Positions 59,701 through 64,000 of a stretch of 64,000 bases of DNA are shown here, one piece after another. The stretch comes from Thermoanaerobaculia bacterium (lineage in GTDB: Bacteria; Acidobacteriota; Thermoanaerobaculia; Multivoradales; Multivoraceae), in the NCBI GenBank assembly GCA_963666565.1, contig OY762911.1, positions 3,104,001 through 3,168,000 on the forward strand, read 5' to 3'. A model generated the notes under the pieces. That model saw only the letters and a program-made list of their open reading frames with translations. It had not been told where the DNA came from and did not search any database. A program made the position numbers and the translations under genes. Every line of letters begins with the position of its first letter. The stretch's first letter is position 1.

Positions 59701-59979
59701 CAAGGCCTCGTCGCGCGGGCGGGCACGGACAAGGCGGGCCTCTTCTGGTTCTTCGACCCGGAGAACTGGGAGGTGCTGGTGAAGGTGCTGGACGGCTGCG
59801 CGATCAACGGACACTACTGGGTGTTCGCCGCCTCGGCGACCGACATGGGCCTCGACCTGCGGGTGGCGGACGCGGTGACCGGGGCGGCGAAGAGGTACGG
59901 CACGACCGCCGGGCAGCCGGCCCCGGCGATCGTCGACACGGAGGCGCTGGCCTGTGTTGGCGGCGCGGGGGCGCGTTGA
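56723..59979 (+). pseudogene. Secreted metzincin metallopeptidase-Fn3 protein, copy C, with a 1-bp deletion frameshift at about 58375
   Basis: TGG-CGGAC-AAT here versus TGG-ACG-GAC-AAT (WTDN) in copy A; HEIGHNLGANH. May be a sequencing error. Confidence 0.82.
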
Positions 59980-60097
59980 GCGGAGGTTCGACACGACGGC
60001 GGCGGCCTGCGGTCCCGACATTTCGAGGTCTGGTCGCATCAATGGGTATGATTCTGGTTCCCATTGCCTCAACGGTCGTGCTGATCGCAGTCTCCCG

Positions 60098-63000
60098 ATG
60101 ATTCCGTTGGCTTCACTGCTCGCTGGATGCCGCCGCGCAGCGCTGGCGTGCGGCTTGCCGGCGGCGCTTCTCCTTGCGCCGGCTTCCGCGGCGCAGGCGC
60201 AACGGCTGCTGACGCTCGTCCCGGGCGTTGCGGAAGCGTCCTCAACGGACGGTCCCGGCCCGTCGATCGGGCCGGTTCCGACGGCTGTGGAAGTGGACCT
60301 GGAGTTGCTCCGCAGCGCGCCGCCCCGGCTGGAGGTGCCGACGCCGGACGGCAGCGTCCTGTCGGCGGAACGAAGCGTGTTCGAGGACCGCGGCGGCGGC
60401 GACCTGATGTGGTCCGGCGGCCATCCCGACGCGGGATACGACACGGTTGTGCTGACGGTGGAGGGCGGCCGTCTGGTGGGCCGGTTCGGCGCGGCGGGCG
60501 GCGGGGCGTACCAGATCCACGCGGCGTCGGACGGCCGGGGCGGCATGGCCCCGGTCGGCGGCCCGCGGCCGGAGGGAGTGCCGTTCTGCGGGGTGGAGAC
60601 GACGCCGGAGGCCGCCCGCGACGCTGCGGTCCATGTTGGGGCGGGGTCCCGCGCAGCCGATCTTCCCGTGCCGGTGAGCAACCCGCAGAGCCACGACCGG
60701 CTGGACATCCTGGTGGGGTACACGGCGAAGGCGGCCAGGAACTGGGGAGGCCACAACGAAGCCCGGGCGGCGATCCGCCACGCCGGCGACTACCTGAAGA
60801 TGGTGTTCCGGAACAACGATCTCCCGGTCGAGCCGCACATCGTTCACATCGCGCAGGCGTCGGCCGCTCTGGACCGGGCGGGGAGAGACCGGGGCTACCA
60901 CGAGATCTCCCGGCTCAACCACAGACCCCTGTTGGACTGGACGAGCCTGGACGGGGAACTGCGCTACTTGCGGCACAAGCACCGGGCCGACCTGCTGCAT
61001 CTGTTCACGGGCGAGTCTGCCCAGCTGCTTGGCGTCTGCGGCTCAGCCGCGGTGTTGTGGGACAGCACTGCAGAGGAGTTCTCCTCGGCCGCCTACGGCT
61101 GGACCACGAACAACCCTCTGGCGTGCAAGGACTACGCGGTCGTCTTCGCGCACGAGATCGGCCACGGTCTTGACGCCGGCCACGATCCGACCAAGCTCGG
61201 CCCGTCGGGGAAGAACCTGCCCAGACCGTACGCCATCGGCCATGTGAACTACGACGCGATGCCGACCATCGGCACGGCGATGAGCCACCCGGGGCAGATC
61301 GAGCCGTTCTTCTCCACTTCCCGGATCCGACTCTGGGGCGCGGCGGTCGGCGTCGTCGACGAGGCGGACAACGAGCGGAGGTTGCGGGAGACCGTCCACA
61401 TCGGCGTGCGGTACAGCGACTACCTGAGGTCCGTGGAGGGGCTCCCGGCACCGCCGGGCGACCTTCAGGTGCGGCTGGACAGCGGCGTCGCGCGTCTCTC
61501 CTGGCGAGACAGGGCGCCGGGCGCGGACGGATACGAGGTCGAGTACCGGTGGTTTGAGCAGGGGTCGAACCTGTACCGGTATTCCCTGATCCGGGTCGAG
61601 AGTCGCTCAGGGGCGACCGTGCCCCTGGAGTTGAAGGAACCGGGCACGCGCCACGACTTCGTGGTGAGAGCGCTGAAAGGCGAGGCGCGGTCGCTTCGCA
61701 GCGACAGGGTCACGCTGGTGCTTCCCGGCGATCCCATCGCGGCGCCATCGAACGTTTCGGCGTGGGTCGCGCCCGGGAACCGCGTGGTCTACGTCCGTTG
61801 GACCGACAACTCGGACAACGAATCGGGTTTCGACGTGCAGCTTCTCCAGGACGGCGAGCCGCTGGCTCGGAGGCGAGTTGCGGCGGACAGCGAGGCTTCG
61901 AAGTTCGATTGGTGGTCGGTGGAGGCTCAAGGCGGCGCCGAGTACGGCGTGCGGGTGTTCGCCTACAACTCGTCGGGCTACTCCGAGAGCAGCGAAGTGG
62001 CGATCTTCCGGTGGGCGCGTCCTGACGCTCCGGGACCGGTCGCCGGCGTGTCCTTGTCGGCCATCGGACCGACGACCGTTCGCGTCGCCTGGACGATCGA
62101 GCCGGAGGTTCGCCGCTACCACGTCTATGCCGTGCTTCCAAACTGGCAAGACAGACGCTGGAGTTCCCAGTCTTACAACGTCTCCGGCGGTACTGCCTGG
62201 ACGGATTTCGAGAACCTGGCGCGCGGCGGCCGGTACAGGTTCCGCCTATCCGCCGAAGGACGGCGTGGCTGGAGCGTGCCTTCGTACCACTACCTGACCC
62301 TGGGGGAGCGCGGCGCGGGTCCGGAGGCGCCTTCGCGCCTTTCCTGGGCGAGGATGGACGATGGACGGATCCGCCTGAACTGGCGGGACAACTCGACCGA
62401 CGAACTGGGCTTCGAGGTCCAGGACGACCCCACGGAAACCCAAAACTGGCGGCGGGTGCTCACGGTCCCCGCAGATACGGAAACGGTCGTCTTCAGGCCA
62501 TTCGACCTGACCCCCTCCGCAAAGACCATCCGGGTCTTCGCCTACAACGAGCGCGGATACAGCACTCGCCGCGTGACGGAAACTCCGCGCGGGCCGGTGA
62601 AGGCCTCCTTCGGCCTCCACATCCGTTGCAGCGAGGACCTCTGCCGGGCGCTGACGGGGACGCCCGTGAGGCTCGTGGACACGAGCGGCGGCGGCGTGAC
62701 CGAGCGGCGCTGGAGTTTCGGCGACGGCGCCTCGTCGGACGCGGCGTCGCCGGTGCATACGTGGTCCACGCCGGGGTTCTACACCGTCACGCTGACGGTA
62801 AGCGACGGCTCGAGTTCGGACTCGGCGAGGCGGACGGTGCTGGTGGAGGCGGCCGCGCCCGCCGGTTCCTGTCGGGCGGATGCGGAGACGGTTTGCCTGC
62901 GGGACTCCCGCTACGAGGTGAAGATGGAGTGGCGGACCTCGGCCGGAGAGTCGGGCGCCGGGCGGGTCGTTCACGCGGGCACGAACGACTCGGGCCTGTT

Positions 63001-63235
63001 CCGGTTCTTCGACCCGGAGAACTGGGAAGTGCTGGTCAAGGTGCTGGACGGCTGCGCGATCAACGGGCGGGTCTGGGTGCTGGGCGCTTCGACGACGGAC
63101 CTCGGTTACCGGATCGCGGTGACCGACACGGTGACGGGCGAGTCGCGATCCTACGGGAACGAGCCCGGCCAGCCGTCGCCGGCGATCGTGGATGCGGAGG
63201 CGTTCGACTGCGCTGCCGGAGCGGCGCGGCGTTGA
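60098..63235 (+). CDS. Secreted metzincin metallopeptidase-Fn3-PKD protein, copy D
   Basis: HEIGHGLDAGH, TAMSH, Fn3 repeats, PKD motif WSFGDG...HTW..PG.YTVTLTV, one C-terminal repeat domain. Confidence 0.88.
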   Translation: MIPLASLLAGCRRAALACGLPAALLLAPASAAQAQRLLTLVPGVAEASSTDGPGPSIGPVPTAVEVDLELLRSAPPRLEVPTPDGSVLSAERSVFEDRGGGDLMWSGGHPDAGYDTVVLTVEGGRLVGRFGAAGGGAYQIHAASDGRGGMAPVGGPRPEGVPFCGVETTPEAARDAAVHVGAGSRAADLPVPVSNPQSHDRLDILVGYTAKAARNWGGHNEARAAIRHAGDYLKMVFRNNDLPVEPHIVHIAQASAALDRAGRDRGYHEISRLNHRPLLDWTSLDGELRYLRHKHRADLLHLFTGESAQLLGVCGSAAVLWDSTAEEFSSAAYGWTTNNPLACKDYAVVFAHEIGHGLDAGHDPTKLGPSGKNLPRPYAIGHVNYDAMPTIGTAMSHPGQIEPFFSTSRIRLWGAAVGVVDEADNERRLRETVHIGVRYSDYLRSVEGLPAPPGDLQVRLDSGVARLSWRDRAPGADGYEVEYRWFEQGSNLYRYSLIRVESRSGATVPLELKEPGTRHDFVVRALKGEARSLRSDRVTLVLPGDPIAAPSNVSAWVAPGNRVVYVRWTDNSDNESGFDVQLLQDGEPLARRRVAADSEASKFDWWSVEAQGGAEYGVRVFAYNSSGYSESSEVAIFRWARPDAPGPVAGVSLSAIGPTTVRVAWTIEPEVRRYHVYAVLPNWQDRRWSSQSYNVSGGTAWTDFENLARGGRYRFRLSAEGRRGWSVPSYHYLTLGERGAGPEAPSRLSWARMDDGRIRLNWRDNSTDELGFEVQDDPTETQNWRRVLTVPADTETVVFRPFDLTPSAKTIRVFAYNERGYSTRRVTETPRGPVKASFGLHIRCSEDLCRALTGTPVRLVDTSGGGVTERRWSFGDGASSDAASPVHTWSTPGFYTVTLTVSDGSSSDSARRTVLVEAAAPAGSCRADAETVCLRDSRYEVKMEWRTSAGESGAGRVVHAGTNDSGLFRFFDPENWEVLVKVLDGCAINGRVWVLGASTTDLGYRIAVTDTVTGESRSYGNEPGQPSPAIVDAEAFDCAAGAARR

Positions 63236-63273
63236 GCGGAGTACGCCATGCCGGCGAAGAGGGGGCAACCGCA

Positions 63274-64000
63274 ATGGGGGCTGTGACGATGACTTCCGGA
63301 AGAAGTGGACGAGGCGGCGCCCGGCGCCGGCGCGGGATGGCGGGCTTCTTCCTGGTACTCGCCTCTGTTGCCGGTGCGGCAAGCGGCGGGGACGACGCGG
63401 CTCACGTGTCGTCCTCCGGCGTGTTCCTGACGATGACGCGGGGAGGCAAGGCGACGGTGACGGTGACGATGCGGAACACCGGCACGACGACCTGGCAGAG
63501 GACGACCTCCGGGCAGACGGTGACCAGGTACTCGCTGGTCGCGCTTGGCCACGGCTGGGGAGTCAACAGCGTGTCGGTGTCGGACAGCGTGGCGCCGAAC
63601 TCGCCGCATGGTTTCGGATTCACGATCACTGCGCCGGAGACAGACGGGGACTACTCCTTCCGGTGGCAGATGTCGCGTTTCCGAAACGATATCAACAAGC
63701 CGATCGGCCCCATTATCGGCAGCGCCTCGACGACCCTTTTCGGTCAGAAGACGCCGAACGTGACGATTCGCGTGGAAGGCGAAGACGAATCCCCGTCGTT
63801 CGGGAAGAAGACGATCGGGAACATGACCCTGACAGTGGGCGCGAAGACGAGCGCGACTCTTCCGGCAGCGACCGGCGGCAACGGAGCGTTGAGTTACTCC
63901 CTGTCGCCGAAGCTCCCTGCCGGATTGACGTTCGACACGTCGACGCGGAGGCTGTCGGGCACGCCGAGCAAGGCGCAGAACGCGAAGACGTATACGTACA
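63274..64000 (+). CDS. Secreted Ig-domain surface protein (NBR1-like Ig plus putative Ig/He_PIG domain), 3'-truncated by window edge
   Basis: My translation is open to the end of the window: signal peptide, VTMRNTGTTTW...FTITAP..G.Y.FRWQM, then LPAATGGNGALSYSLSP.LPAGLTFD...LSGTP. Confidence 0.8.
   Translation, partial: MGAVTMTSGRSGRGGARRRRGMAGFFLVLASVAGAASGGDDAAHVSSSGVFLTMTRGGKATVTVTMRNTGTTTWQRTTSGQTVTRYSLVALGHGWGVNSVSVSDSVAPNSPHGFGFTITAPETDGDYSFRWQMSRFRNDINKPIGPIIGSASTTLFGQKTPNVTIRVEGEDESPSFGKKTIGNMTLTVGAKTSATLPAATGGNGALSYSLSPKLPAGLTFDTSTRRLSGTPSKAQNAKTYTY

Noticed and set aside
48084-63235. Diversity-generating retroelement or invertase shufflon behind the protease variation
   Set aside because: No reverse transcriptase or site-specific recombinase nearby, all copies are co-oriented, and differences do not look adenine-specific.
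1-64000. tRNA, rRNA or prophage genes
   Set aside because: None recognisable by eye; a tRNAscan/Infernal run would be needed to exclude small RNAs.

Overview
Very GC-rich (about 70%, estimated by eye) bacterial DNA. The protein repertoire (secreted Fn3/Ig/PKD proteins, many PQQ-type beta-propellers, a PVC-type heme protein, a repeated 'KVLDGCAING' C-terminal domain) suggests an Acidobacteriota bacterium, possibly host-associated; this is inference only. From left to right the window holds: metabolic genes; a decayed ParA/UvrD-fragment/AAA-ATPase islet; a ~19 kb orphan biosynthesis/transport cluster (3 PQQ-propeller proteins, Fe-ADH, HemN-like radical SAM, halogenase-like flavoprotein, SSS symporter, GT4, ABC exporter); S9 peptidase, TPR and CCA genes; an ECF sigma/RND efflux operon; a PVC-type cytochrome; and a tandem array of four secreted metzincin-Fn3 proteases. 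The most notable item is a 1864-bp mobile element (48980-50843) that splits the first protease gene cleanly at a CT|AG site. It has no terminal inverted repeats, has a hairpin at each end, and its only ORF is not a recognisable DDE or HUH transposase but carries Rep_trans-like 'KxYxK...LRxE' motifs. Joining its ends gives CT^AAC, matching the nick motif of pT181/MOB_T-family initiators. It is therefore a candidate Rep_trans-driven, rolling-circle-like insertion sequence. About 17 copies of a REP-like palindrome are also present, and several lie inside predicted reading frames.
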